A stretch of 64,000 nucleotides of DNA from contig DF237104.1 of assembly GCA_000708835.1 (NCBI GenBank), positions 1-64,000 of the forward strand, read 5' to 3'. The stretch comes from Klebsormidium nitens (Eukaryota > Plantae > Klebsormidiophyceae). Under the pieces are notes generated by a model. That model was given only the letters and a program-made list of their open reading frames with translations. It did not search any database and was not told where the DNA came from. Shown piece by piece: positions 27,401-39,975 of the stretch. A program made the translations under genes and the position numbers. Numbering within the stretch: position 1 is the first letter of the stretch; each line of letters opens with the position of its first letter.

Positions 27401-29553
27401 GGTCGGCATGGGCTACGCAAAGGAAGCGCTCCACCTTCCGGGCCTCTCCAAGAGGTGCGCGTACAAGATTTTAAAGCAGTGCCGTAAACTTCCTATTGCT
27501 CTTCCAGGGCCCTGCTTCTCACTCCCGGTGGCTCTCTGAAGACCGACTCCAAAATCCGCTGATGCAGGCTCCACTACAAGCCAGAACCTGTTTTGAGTGC
27601 TCTCACTCCTACCACGAAATCGTCCGTGCACTCGAATCGACTCGGTTTCTTTAGCTGTTCGTCATCGGATCTGGTAACTCCTCTGCTTCCTGGACTTGAA
27701 GTTCCGTTCCAGATCCCTTGCCTATTCGCTTATTATCTCTCGCGATGCAGTGCGCGAAATATAGATTATTATTCATCCATCCATTTATTCTCTCTGTATT
27801 CAATATGTATTCTCGTCCTTGGCCTGGAACCCTCAAAACTGCTGCCTACTCTATTCCAGGTTGGAGTTCGATCTCGCGATGCAGTGCAACGAGCTGCAAC
27901 GCGCGCTGCGCGTCCTTCTGGAGCTGAGCAACAGCAAGGAGGCGCCCCCCGAGCCGCTGGCCCAGACCGCCGGGCTCGACGTCGGTCTCACCCTACTGGC
28001 GCTAGAACAGAAGCAGGCTTCCCTGACGGAGGCGGTTGCCGGGACCGCCCGGTTCGCGTCTGAGTTCCTGGCGATCATCGATGCTGCTGATGCTACAGGT
28101 GGGCCTCGTCTCTAAGATGCACAGATCGAAGGCCAAGTCCCGGTGCGTGATGATGTTGTTCTCTCGCCTGGTGCCTAATCGCAAGCCTGTTTGAGCCGCC
28201 CAGAAGTTCCGGCCTCGTTCAACCACCCGGGTCTCGTCATGTGCATGTGTTGGAGCGGCGGTGATGACATGCTAGCAGCGAGAGCGAAAACGGGTTGACG
28301 AAAACGTCCGTGCGCTAAGCTGCGGTCGGGGCCGAGCTTGGAAAACCCTCAGAACGAGATAAAGTCAGAGACGGGGCCCCCTGTGCGCAAAACCTACTTT
28401 CATGACAGCTGTCCTTCCTCTTACGGTTGTCTTTTTACACGGCCAGGCCAGAAGGACATTACGCTTGCAGCTTTGAAGCGCTTTGCATCGCTATCAAACT
28501 CTGGATTATGCTCTTTGTTTAACAGCTGTTTGTCGACCGTTCGCAGGCCAAAAAGACATCGCGCTTGCGGCACTGAAGCGCCTCGCGGTTGCTGGGGAAG
28601 TCGAGGGGGCGCTGAAGGCGAAGGAGCACCGGGCGCTCTCCCTCCGGCTGGCGTCCCACGGGGAGCGTGCGCGACTCGCGGTGCAGAGCAACGCGCTCAT
28701 CTCCGCCGGGCAAGGGCGCGAGGCCGCGCTCGCAGCCGCACTGCTCGGGGTGAGAATCGTGCATCGTAAAACCTGGATTATCACATCTGAATTTTGATTG
28801 CACGTTGCCTGACATGGTCAAAACGTGCACGCTTGTGTCGAGCCAGGTTCACAGTACGTACTCTTAAAGGCGGATAGGGAGTCATGCTCCACATTTAAGT
28901 TCCTAGGAAGAGGGTGTTAACAGAAAGGTCTGGAGCCGTTCATTTTATTCTTCTGTGTCGCCACATGGTTGTGGGCCTATTCGCCCTTTAAAGACCTAGA
29001 GGACCGCAAAGTTGAGAATCGCAATTGCAGGCGGAACGTTTCCTCGGGCTATGTTCGCTGCAGATGGTCAGTTCGCACTGAAAAGCCTGCCCGGAGGGAT
29101 ATTGAGGATCATCTGCTCCAATAAAACTTGTTTGCGGGCGACTAAGACCCCCCAGGAGCATGCTACACCAAGCAAAGTCTGCAGCCTGAGTCGGCGCCTC
29201 CCATAAGCTATCCCTCGGTCGTAGAGTGCCGTTGAGAGAGCATGTTTGGCCCTTTCTTGCCCCTAGAAAGCGAGCCGTGACGAAAGTTTTGTATTTTGCA
29301 GGACCCCAATCTGATAGAAAAGGCATTTGCGGACACCGGGCTCTTCCCCGAAGCAGCCTTGCACGCTCACCAGCACGGCCGAGTCAGCAGCCTTCAGCTT
29401 ATCCAAGACTGGAACAAGACGTTGCAAAAGCAGCTTCCCGGAAAGCCGGGCAAACTGCAAACACCGGGCGGGGGCATATTGAGTGCCAAGAAGAGCCCGT
29501 CTTTGCGACCCCCTTCTGCAACGGCTCCTCTAGTTGAAGTTGTAGCTCCTTGA
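18435..29553 (+). CDS. TWD40-2: TPLATE/TSET complex WD40 subunit TWD40-2. 18 exons approx. 18435-18569, 18948-19066, 19378-19626, 20018-20192, 20600-20704, 21189-21424, 21711-21801, 22212-22558, 22869-23016, 23473-23667, 24021-24340, 24896-25067, 26078-26319, 26762-26854, 27352-27454, 27860-28098, 28547-28749, 29302-29553
   Basis: Collinear with Arabidopsis TWD40-2 as recalled: LKAF...DVHPTQPWVVTADEADSVVVWNWEHRQ, VKFYDDDVRFW, NKAVFLDLVTM, LACHSV.AWSHPRAP, HPLQPQLV.LGTNAGI, poly-Ala linker, GLHGGALLGVAF, LSHPGIRCRCLAAYGDAVSAVKWA.RLGREHHDDLA.FM.GMGYA.EALHLPGLSKRLEFDLAMQ.N.L.RAL. Confidence 0.93.
20314..20369. repeat. 28-bp near-perfect tandem duplication in TWD40-2 intron
   Basis: gtattcaagccgtgtgggatattcttgt followed by gtattcaagccttgtgggatattcttgt. 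Confidence 0.9.
28447..28495 (+). repeat. Decayed upstream copy of the acceptor and 5' end of TWD40-2 exon 28547-28749
   Basis: cag|GCCAGAAGGACATTACGCTTGCAGCTTTGAAGCGC (GQKDITLAALKR) versus true cag|GCCAAAAAGACATCGCGCTTGCGGCACTGAAGCGC (GQKDIALAALKR), 100 bp apart. Confidence 0.85.
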
Positions 29554-31952
29554 CCTGACCTTGTTTGACGGACTGGCCTCCCAACTCTTGAGCCGTCGTT
29601 TGCAAACATTGGCAGGAACCCTCTAGATTACCTCCGTTCTTGAATCTGGGATGAGATCCTCTTCGTGACTTGCTGATTGGCGTCTCTGAGATGTAAGCCC
29701 GATCTTGGTGGCGGCTGAAATTGCAAGCCTACGACACGTGTATGCAGGCAGGCTGCTCGACCATTTGTACGTTATATTTCGCTGTCATCCAAGCTGATGG
29801 TACTGATTTCATGCACTTCTTTATTTCGAAGATTGGCTCTGATTACCAACTTGTCATGAGCAAGCCTTGAAGTTCTAGGTCTGCAGCAACTCTACTGAAA
29901 GTCGCGGCAGGCTCAGTGCATGATATGAACACAGTGCGTTGGTCCCGGCCCCAATCCCATGCACACCAACAGCCCAAAAGGTTACTAATTGCACACCGAC
30001 AGCCCAATGGTTACTTGCGGAAGGGCATGCATGCAGGAATTGCATTTACAAACATAGCTAGCTGGCGGCCTATAGTTGTGCATCAGGTTGTGGCTTTTAC
30101 ATCTATGTTGAATGCTGATTGCAATGATTCTCGACCTAGCAAATGTGGTCTAGCTTGCATCTGCACACCTTCTCACATATATGAGCAGGCTGCAACGTCA
30201 GGACTGGCTCTTTGAAAGATATTGCTTGCGCAAAGATATAATCCGATCGGCCTTGACATGTCCCGGCCATGCATGGGTATACTTAGTATCTATATATGCT
30301 ACTAAGCAATGATGCACGTCATATATTTGGTAGGCCGTAAATCTGGAAGGTCATGACCGCCGGACCGTTCATGAATCTGGAAGAGGGATGATTTACGATC
30401 AAGATGGCAGCCACGGCTTTAATATAAACATTTTGACGGTCATCAGGACCGCCCAATTTCCTCATATAATTAACAGAGGAAAGCCTGGAAAGCTCACGAG
30501 ACTGCGCTGCATATTGATATTATCACAGAGGGAACTCCCTCTAGCTGGCCCTTTGTTGGCTTCGCTCTCCATTACGCGCTCAAGCCCGTCGGAAGGTCAC
30601 CGTCACCAAAAGCAGCCATGACTCACCATAAACCGGGCTCGGTGCTTTAAAGACCGAGTCAAGTGACGCCGTCGATTCTAAAAAATCTGGCACACGCGGC
30701 AGACTGGGTCCATCCAACGGTGCAGAAGCCCCTTTTGACAGAGACCAGGCACGCCACATCAGCAGGCACCACGGTCTTCTGGAAGCTTGTGCCAATTCGA
30801 CGGCTCGGATGACCTCATTTCACGCTTATCTTTGAGTATTGGGCGCTATCACCGTCGATGGTTTGTATCTCCGCGGCGGTCCCGATGACGTCACAAACGA
30901 TATGTATCAGGGATGCACCCTCTGAATTAGGACTCCAGCAGCATGAACATGCCTTGTTTCCTGCGAGTGACGCTGTCCAACTGCATCGGACGGTAGAGAC
31001 GGGAGTACTCCTCTGTTCGGCGGCTGAAAAGGTTCCTCAGATGGTCAACCAAGTCCTCTTTCTTCAGTGTAACCGCAGAGAGGGGGAACCCTAATCACAA
31101 AGCCGTAGAGCAGCAACCCACTAAAAGCGTTGACCTTGTTCACACTGGGTCTCTGAAAGCAGTCAACCTTCGATGGGCTACCATGGTAACCAAAGGCTGT
31201 TGTTCCTTAACCGCACTAGAAATGCGGGTTCGGGGTGTGACAATCTTATAACCCGTGTACGGAGAGGTAAAATGAAACCTAGGTGTGAACTGAAGCCTGA
31301 AGGGTAGGATCCTGATTGACTTCGAGAGAGGAGAGGATGGACGCGCCGCTTGTCACGGTCACGAACCCCATTGACTGCGGCACCGAAAAGCAGGGAGGGC
31401 AACAGGGCGTCCCTTTCCTGTCCTGGTCACCAGGGGGGCTGACTCTCGAGTAAAGTCCAAAGAGACGTTGGGCAAGCCAGAAAGGCCTTATCGAAAGGTC
31501 TTCCTCTTTTGCAGCAACCTATTGCGGCCGCTCCAGTGAACCTGCGTAGAGGTTTTAGCGCCCTTCGTACAAAGGTTTCTGTGGGTTGCTTGACGTCTTC
31601 ACAATGTGAGCAGGAGTTTTGCGCTTAAATATGTAGTTAGGGCAGAAAGCGTAGTATAGTTTTGTGCCGCAAACCCCCTCCAGCCAATTTGTTGCCTGCA
31701 AATGCTGCGAAGTCCCCATGTCGTCCTTAGTAGTAGGTCGGTGTTTTTCTTCAGCAGCATCAAGGGAGGGCCTGTACAAGATTGGTGTCACAGGCAATTG
31801 GGATACTCCTCAGGGCCTTCCCTTCTGAGCTGCTCAGCTGTTGCAAGGAATTTGCAGCTCCTGGTCAAGTTTCTGCTCAAAGAAACTGAAGGAACTAGCG
31901 TAGCACAGCAGCCACCACGGCTCTCTCCTCCATCTCAACCCAACCTCTTGCA

Positions 31953-34900
31953 ATGGCTGGGAGCACGCTTGTGCTGTCCCCTAGCCTGACGCGCGCACCT
32001 CATGAGGAGAGCAGAGCCCTTTCCATCAGCAGAGGCATCGGTCCGGCCGACGATGAGATCCAGATACTTCTGGCGACGCCGTCTGTGGACAGGCCCTATG
32101 TTCCTTTGAGGGTCTTCACGAGTGATTCAATCCAGTCTGTCAAGATGCAGATTGCACGGTCTCATGGCTTTACTCTCAGCAGCCAGGTCTCTGGAATTAG
32201 GTTGGTATCAGGTGGGAGGGAGCTCCGAGCTAGAGAGCATGCTGACCTGGCAGGGTATGGCATCAACAAGTCAGGGGAGGTGTTGCACTTAGCTCTGCGC
32301 CTGTCTGACCTCGTTGATGTGCGAGTGAAGACACGAGAGGGGGTGGAGAAGACCTTCACTCTTGAGAAAGGCGCTCGGGTGTGGGATCTCAAGCAGAAGA
32401 TTGCGAAGGACGAGCAAGCGTTGGATGCTGATGATGCGCAGCTGGTGCTTCGGGGCCAACCCCTGCAGGAGGGCCTTCTCGTGGAAGATTTGGCACTGTC
32501 TGAGGACATAGTCGTCCACCTCCTTGTCCGAAAGTCATCCAAAGTCCGGGTCAAGCAGGGCAAGGGTCAGCACGTTGAGTTGTCAATCGAGTCAAGCAGG
32601 ACGCTTCCCAGGGAGGTCAGCCAAAAGAAGCGCCTGCCGTCAGCAAAGCCTAGTCTGTGCATAACCCCTCTAGGCTTGTTGGAAAGCAGCAGGGATAGGA
32701 CGAGTTTGCTAGAGCTCATGGTCAAAGCCACGGCGGGCCTGCCAGTGCACCCCCCGGTGCTTTCCCTAGGTGGAATGGGGGCTGCCTACTTCTTGGCAGA
32801 CAGGTCCGGCGAGACTGTTGCGGTAAGTACAGATTCTTGTGCAGCTGAGAACTCACATTCCGTTGAACCGACATATCTGAAAAGCGGGTCAGAATGCTGC
32901 ATCACTGCAACCCCCTTGCAATTGGCTGCTTGCCTTGCTTGCTCGAGCATGCGCACACCCTCCTCTGCATGAAGAACACGGTATGTTTTTTCCTTGACCT
33001 GATCAGTCCTGAGCTGACTATCCTTGACCAATTGTAGTTGATCTTATGTTCCCTGATCTGGTTATTGTTTGAGCTGAGTGTATCTGACCTGGTTCCTGCT
33101 AACCTTGCCTGATTGTTACTGAGCTTGGCTGTATCAATCTGCAGGTCTTCAAGCCAGTGGATGAGGAGCCACTTGCAGTCAACAATCCTCGCGGTTTGCC
33201 AGTGTCAAAGACTGGGGAGGGCTTGAAGAGGGGCACCAGGGTTGGTGAAGGGGCTGCCAGAGAGGTAGGCCATTGCCTTTCGATTCTCCTCTCTCACGTG
33301 GTGCTGCAGTCTGAGAAAGGAAGAAACTAGCATCATTATGCGGCAACCAGCCAAACTCAATAATCGAGATCCAAGGAGGTTTATTGCCATTCGACAAATT
33401 GGACAAAGTAGCTTGTTGATCACCGAGGGACCTGTTGTCTCTCTGAAGTACAATTGGTCTCAATCCTTCAAGCTTGGACTGGTTAGAGAATGAGCTGGAA
33501 GTTAACTTTCAATCTTGGACTGGTCAGATAGTGAGCTGGATTCATTTCCATCTCCTGCCCCTCCCCTTCTCTGCCCCTCCCCTATTGATTGTATTCTTAT
33601 TGCCAATATCCTCCATTCCTCAGGTGGCTGCATTCCTGCTCGACAAAGATGGGTTTGCCTCGGTCCCTCCCACCGCCATGGTCTCGTGCATGCACCCCTC
33701 CTTCCACTACAGCCATAAGCAGACCTCCGTCCTTTGCGAGAAGGGGGCCTGCAATCGGAAGATTGGGTCTCTGCAGCAGTTTGTGCCATGTGTGAGCAAC
33801 TGCGAGGATACAGGGCCCCAGAGCCTGCCTGTGGCCGAAGTGCACAAAATCTCGGTCCTGGACATTCGGCTGGCCAATGCAGACAGGTAAGCAAACAACA
33901 TCTGTGTTCCTCCTGAGCTGAGATTCAATGGGTGTTGTGTTTGTCCTTCAAATGCTTTACAGAGGATAAGTTAAGCTGAGCGATCTGGGCTCTTGGAGCC
34001 ATCTTGTTGGCTTTTGGAGGCCATGGCTGCTGGTATTCTCGTGCATTTGTCTGTCAATCAAGGGAACTAACCAGTTTTTAGAACGTGCATTGCGTTGATT
34101 CAGATTTTTGAGTCTCGATCTTGAGAGGGTGCGATTGCACAGATTCGTTCGAGGAGCATGCGAGGAAGCATTGAAGAAGCTTTTGTCTAATGACCCTCTT
34201 TTCCATGTTGCAGGAGTGGTGAAAACATCCTCATCTGCCGCAACAAAGATGGGAGTACCAAGCTGGTCCCCATTGATCATGGCTACTGCCTGCCTGAGTC
34301 GGTGAGTCGTGTTCCCCTCAGAAAGAAAATGTGTTCCCCTCAAAAAGAGAATGTGAGTGTACTTGTTGCTGAGCCAATCTGGGATGTAAAAGCTGGATGT
34401 GAACGAACTGGCTTCCTTTGTGTATCTGTGGAAGTCCGTCCGTGTCTAAAGAGACTCATCTTGGGGTTGCACTTGAAGCTTTCGAACCTCGTAGAAACAC
34501 TTGCAGGGGGTGCATTTCCACATGATGCTGCTACGAACAAGAGCTAGAAGGACCCTTTGATTGCTTGCACGTTCTGAAGTTGCCTGGTTTGGGATGCAGA
34601 TGGAGGACGTATGGTTCGACTGGATCTACTGGCCACAGGCGAAAGTCCCCTACTCCAGGGAAGTCAGGGCATACGTTGCTAACCTCAACGTGGTAAGTGT
34701 TACGTCCGACCATCTTTTTCCAGCTTGCTCGATCTGCTGTCTATCATTGGAACACAAGATCCTTCGCCTGCCTTTCTGCTGCTTGTAGCCTGCTTCGTAC
34801 TGTTGGCATGTTTCTTGTTGACTGAATCCAATATCGCTGAGAAGTTGTTCATACGACTTGTAACAGCCCTTAGTAACACGAGCTTAACCAATCTGCGCTG

Positions 34901-35200
34901 TTTCAGGAGGAGGACCTGTCGTTGCTGGCGGCAAACGGGATCCACCTCAGCGAGAAGGCGGAGCGGGTGCTACAGGCCTCCACTCTGCTGCTCAAGAAGG
35001 GGGTGGCACGGGGTCTTACGGCACACGACATCGCATCGCTCATGTGCCGGATGGACCTCAACAAGGAGTCTGCGCTTGAGGGCATGCTCTCTCAAGCGGA
35101 GGAAGCGTTGCTGCCAGGGTGCTCCCTTGAAGCATTTGTAGAGACGCTAGGTAGCATAGTGGATGAGGACCTCAAGGCGTTTGAGGACAGGTCTGTCTAG
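31953..35200 (+). CDS. PI4KG: Type II phosphatidylinositol 4-kinase gamma family protein with N-terminal ubiquitin-like domains (PI4Kgamma4-like). Exons approx. 31953-32822, 33145-33264, 33624-33886, 34214-34301, 34600-34692, 34907-35200
   Basis: UBL-like repeats (LRVFTSDSIQSVKMQI; TFTLEKGARVWDLKQKI...QLVLRGQPL; VVHLLVRKSSKVR) followed by kinase motifs GGMGAAYF, AVFKPVDEEPLAVNNPRGLP, GEGAAREVAAFLLD, KIGSLQQFV, VHKISVLDIRLANADRSGENIL, LVPIDHGYCLPE and WFDWIYWPQAKVPYS. Confidence 0.93.
33473..33540. repeat. 41-bp-spaced imperfect direct repeat in PI4Kgamma intron
   Basis: cttggactggttagagaatgagctgga and cttggactggtcagatagtgagctgga. Confidence 0.75.
34309..34354. repeat. 22-bp tandem duplication just after a donor site in PI4Kgamma
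   Basis: gtgttcccctcagaaagaaaat followed by gtgttcccctcaaaaagagaat. Confidence 0.8.
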
Positions 35201-35382
35201 AGTCAAAAGTTTGTCGAAAGACTTGCTAGGCTGTACGCTATTCTAGAGCAGGCAGCCAGCAGGTCTAGTCCTGGAGTAGCTGTTGTCTAGTATGTCAGCG
35301 AGCGTTAATCTATTAGAGCGTTAATCTAATAGGCTACGGGAGTCACTGAGAATACTGTAATTAACACTGTTCATATGTATGA

Positions 35383-35434
35383 TGGAAATCGAAACGGAGA
35401 TGAAGATGTGGAAATTGAAACGGAGATGAAGATG
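35383..35434. repeat. 26-bp tandem duplication in the PI4Kgamma 3' flank
   Basis: tggaaatcgaaacggagatgaagatg followed by tggaaattgaaacggagatgaagatg. Confidence 0.88.
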
Positions 35435-36338
35435 TGATACAGAATTTTCACTGTTGTAATTGCGATCTGATTGAAAACAGTGAGCAATTGCAAACATCAT
35501 AACCTGAAGTAAGGAGGACATGCAGATACGCACTCCAATGTTTGAGCTAGCGACTATCAAAGCTTGCCAGATATAAGACGGTGGGAAGCACAACCATCAT
35601 AAGCTTTATGCACAGGCGACTCGAGCAGCCGCCTGTAGTGCCAGTGACTACATAATGTTGAATGTCTGTTGAAACTCAGCATGGCCAAATGCAGGCATGC
35701 CGGCGGAGCACTAACACTGAGTCGAGCTTATCGTACATGCATAATTCTTGAACCTCAATCATGTAGAATAGTATACTACTGTTTGAATCGAGAAGATCTG
35801 ACTCACAGCTTAGTATAGAAGTTGGTATATGAATCACGTGCTGCGCGCATATGCTCTGACGACCGGTGACACCGTATGACGATGCACCACATGCAGATAA
35901 TACATGCATGCCAGCAATTTGAGACGTCTACATAATCATGCAGCGCTATAGTAGCTCTATATAGACATCGTGGCCATACAGTCTACATGCAGGACCCATT
36001 TGTACCATGCAATACTCGTGGATCTCCCATGTAGCTACAAATACAGCATTTTGAAAAGAGAACAGATCTGATGTTCATGCATGCACGACTTCATGCAAGT
36101 AGCTTTGATATACGCCGCGCTGCACTGGTCACGGTATACACGTACGGCATATACACCTTAGAACATAGGTGACCGCGGATGCACGCCTATCACATGTGCG
36201 CAATAAGCATCTCTGTCGTATACTCTTTTGTGGCATTGCATGGAACAAAGACAGAATGGTGGCCGACCGGCACATACACATACCATGTGTATGGTACAAG
36301 CATCCAATCCCTTTTCATGTGTAAGATCATGTAGGAAG

Positions 36339-39300
36339 TCAAGCCGCTACTTGAAAGTCTCCAAAGTCATCGTCCGGCGGAACCTCCTCTTCTTTTCCCT
36401 GTTCTCGCGCTTCTCTTGACGTTTCTCCGACTACGCCGGCACCTGACTGGCCTTGCTCGACTTTAGTGTTAGTGTCAGTGGGCAGGGAGCCCTGTACTCC
36501 TGAGGGCCTTCTTACAGAGAGGGGCTCGGCAGCCTTGGGAGGAGGTTTCAACACTAGACCCTTTTCTGTCGCCTCAACCAGGTTGCCGCTGAAGTTCTTG
36601 AACAATGTCCCGGGCCCCCCTAGCGATTGCTGCTGCGACGAAAATGAGAGGCGCTTCAGATACTTGCAAGCTGAGCTGATTCTAGTTTTCCTAGGTCCCT
36701 TTCAAAATTTTGACGAATTTGAGTCCGGTGCCTGCCGCCCTATGTACGCTGGAGAATATAAACCCTGGAATGGTTGAACAACAACCTTCCAGTACATAAA
36801 CATCCTTCGACCGTCCACCAAAGAAGGTACACAAGACTCGTCAAAAGCTGAATCCTCAAGACCCGGCATAATAGGTACTGACCCATTCAAGGTAGCCTCA
36901 AGAGATTGTTGCCGAGCTGAGAGACGCGGTGGAAGGTCAAGCGCTCCATTAGTGCAAGTTTTTAGGATGAAACACGGGCCGTTCTGGTCTACGAGATGGA
37001 AACCGATGCTTCTCATCTGTCTCGATATCAAGCGCCGAAACTTCGCAACGACATCGACTTCGACTAAGCCGCCTCGAAATTGATAAGATGGTGCCAAATT
37101 GATTCTAAGAATTCGAAAGACGTCTTCGGACGCCACTTCGCAGGCCTCACCTTTTTGGGTATGTCCAGCTTGATGGTGATCTTCTCGCCGGGCTTCAGGC
37201 TGTAGTCCTTGGTCGGCTGCTTCGCATACTCCTCGGCGACCTCCTCAGCTTCCTTTGCGCGCTTCACAAACCTGTGGTTGAGATGGTTAGTGAGACGGCG
37301 AGAAAGACGTCACCCGACCGGATTGACTGCAACGGCACACGGTGTAAGGCGAAGCACGGCCTCCGCAATAGGTGACGATTGGTTGTCTAAGTGCGTACTT
37401 GTGGCGAGCACAGTGCGAAGTCGCGTGCTCAATCTGACTCTGCTTCTTCCTTAGTCTACTTCGAACGGAGAGCGATGCCTTGCCGATTTACCAACCAAGA
37501 CTCCGCTTATTTGTCTGCTAGCCTGCTCACGGAAAGGAACGAGATGCAGCAAAGAGGCGAGCAGCGCGAGAATGTGGGTCCGCCGAGTCAAATACGAGGT
37601 TGGAGCATACTTGACATGGTCGTGCAGCGCCGCCTGAAAGTCGTATGCCTCTGTCCGTTCTCGGAAACCGATGCCGAGAAACGCGTGCCGCTCCTGCTTG
37701 CTCGACGTGTCCTCCACTCTCAACACGAAGAACCTGCACAGCACAGAGCCGCTTTCTCACCTTCCTCAGAAATTGCGGTGCCCAAGTTTCAGCTTCCATG
37801 TGTTTAAGGGAGAGCTCAAAGCTAAAAAACTTTCAGATGAAGCGCGAAAGCTTGAAAATGTCTCTGCCAAGTGCCCAAAATAGAGTCATGCCGGGTAAGA
37901 TAACCTAACTTTGACTCGAGAGCACTGTCTCTGTTTGATTCATGGCTTTGCGCACCCGTCAAGCTTGCCAGGTTAGGTCTGCCAAGTTGTATCCAAAAGT
38001 GCGCCATATGAAGCCGCTGAGCGGACTTGATCCAACCTTTGAACCTTTGCGCAGGGACAAAGCCTGGGACTTGGCGCAGAGGTCAGAATGTACACCAAAG
38101 CTAACTTTGAGAAAGTAGTCCTTATAACTGTATCCAACGCAATGGAAAAAAGTTCGACTCTTCAAAAACGTTGTTATGTTCAGCCGCTCCAAAATTTGTC
38201 GCACAGTGCAGGCGGCAACCAAGAAGCGTCCCCCTAGCACACTGCCATGGACGCCTCTGTTTACATGTTAGCGACTTAAGCACCACCAAAGACGTCGCAC
38301 GAGAATCGAATTTTACTGCAGATACCGATTGTTACTAAGTCGCAACATCGTTGTGCATCAAATCCTTGTCTTTTAGAAATCGAAGCCACGAACGATAGGC
38401 TCACCTGCTGCTGTCAATGACAGCCTCGATCGGCAGTGGCTGGTCCTGTTTCACTGATGCTTGCGCAAACAACTCGCCTGAAGACAGAGTAAAAGACAAT
38501 ATCAGCTGAAGCCAGTTTCGCCTATGTTGAGCGGCTACGTTCGCTGTCAAGCCATGTGAGCTGAAAAGGCTCACTGAAAGCTCAAACTGGCCTTTCTCAC
38601 CTGCTGCAGTAAGGGACCCATTGCAAGTAATGCACAAATAGCGCCTAAAGTTCCAGCATATCTATACTTCTGAATGTCAATTGGACTGAAAGGGGCCAAA
38701 AGCAGAATCCTTGCAGCATAAGCGTAAAACAAGTAAAAAGTTCTGCGGATCACATGCCATCAGAGGCGAGGGTGAAGATCCAATTGGGTGCTTAGAGTCC
38801 GTCATGTTGTGATTCTTCATGCTTCCAGCTAACAAGGTATTGCAAAAGAGTCACCCCACTCGGGTTCTGTTTTCCAATAGAGGCAAGGGCTCAGCTAGAA
38901 ACTTCTGTAAGTTGGCCTTGCGTGACTGTGCTTTACTCACCTGACTTAGAATCTTCCAGCCGGATGGTACATTCAGTTCCTACTGAGAGCAGCTTGAGCG
39001 TCCCTTCCCAGGCCCACTTGTTAATGTTCCAATCATCAGCCCTGGAAGCAAGAGACACGATGAGTAAGGTTCAGATGTTGCGCGCAGCAGGGTCTAATCA
39101 CAAGTAGCTGCACATTGTGGATTGTAAGCCTTTGTTTTGATTCTTGAGCTACAACTCTAGTTAGGCTCAATAAGCAGGACTCTTTTCTTGCATTCCAAGC
39201 GCGAAATGCAGTCGCCCCAAAGAGGAACAAGGCCAGAAAGTATGCATGGCAGAAGACGAAAATGAATGGTTTGCCAACTGATGGACAAGAAAAACCCACA

Positions 39301-39975
39301 CAGCTCCAATAACCTATTAAGGGAAGAAGGATGGGCAGAGACATCACAATCTGCCGTCAAGCTACAAGATGAAGAACTCTAGTTGACTTGCACTGAACTC
39401 CTGGACAGAGTGTTGCTTGGTACATGGTAAGAGCTTGGTTCTGAATTGAAGCCGCAATGGAGAGTCTGAGTCTCTTCAAAATATGTCTGCCAGCATCTTT
39501 GCATGGAGCTGAACCGGATGTTCATGAATCACGTACCTGTATGAGAGGTTGCTCATTCTGGGGGGGATCTGAAAGGAAGGGCTAAAAGTTAGTTCTTGAT
39601 TGCTGCTGCATGTCGGAGGCCCTTCAAGAGAGTTTCTGAAGCTTGCTAAGAGCTGCACCACGTCAAAGCTCACTAACCTCGAGCAAGCGGTCTTGCTTTC
39701 AGGTTCAAAGATGGTCTCAAGATGTTGATGTGAGTGGTATGCCATGTCAAACTCCGCAGAACAGCACCATCTGCACCACAAGAAACCTGTGTATACCAGA
39801 CCCACAAATCCCACACCTAACTCAGGCATATTAAACAGGTGCCCCACCAAACCCTAAAATTGTATGTCAGCTAGCCTACCTTGTAGACATACATTTCAGG
39901 CGCTTTGAAGAGTGTTTGCTCAACTGCAGGGACTCCATCCTCGTCCTCATTCTTGTGGACTTCGGCGGCACTCAT
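36339..39975 (-). CDS. NECAP: NECAP (adaptin ear-binding coat-associated protein). Exons approx. 39975-39880, 39568-39537, 39041-38941, 38477-38405, 37733-37611, 37271-37151, 36632-36339
   Basis: PHear domain: [32 protein letters not shown]...[15 protein letters not shown]...[17 protein letters not shown]...[26 protein letters not shown]. Also [13 protein letters not shown] and the C-terminal acidic motif DDDFGDFQ. Confidence 0.93.

Noticed and set aside
34214-34235. PI4Kgamma catalytic loop DRSGEN instead of DRHAGN
   Set aside because: Type II PI4Ks tolerate variation at this position (animal enzymes have DRGNDN), and Asp, Arg and Asn are retained, so this is not evidence of a pseudokinase.
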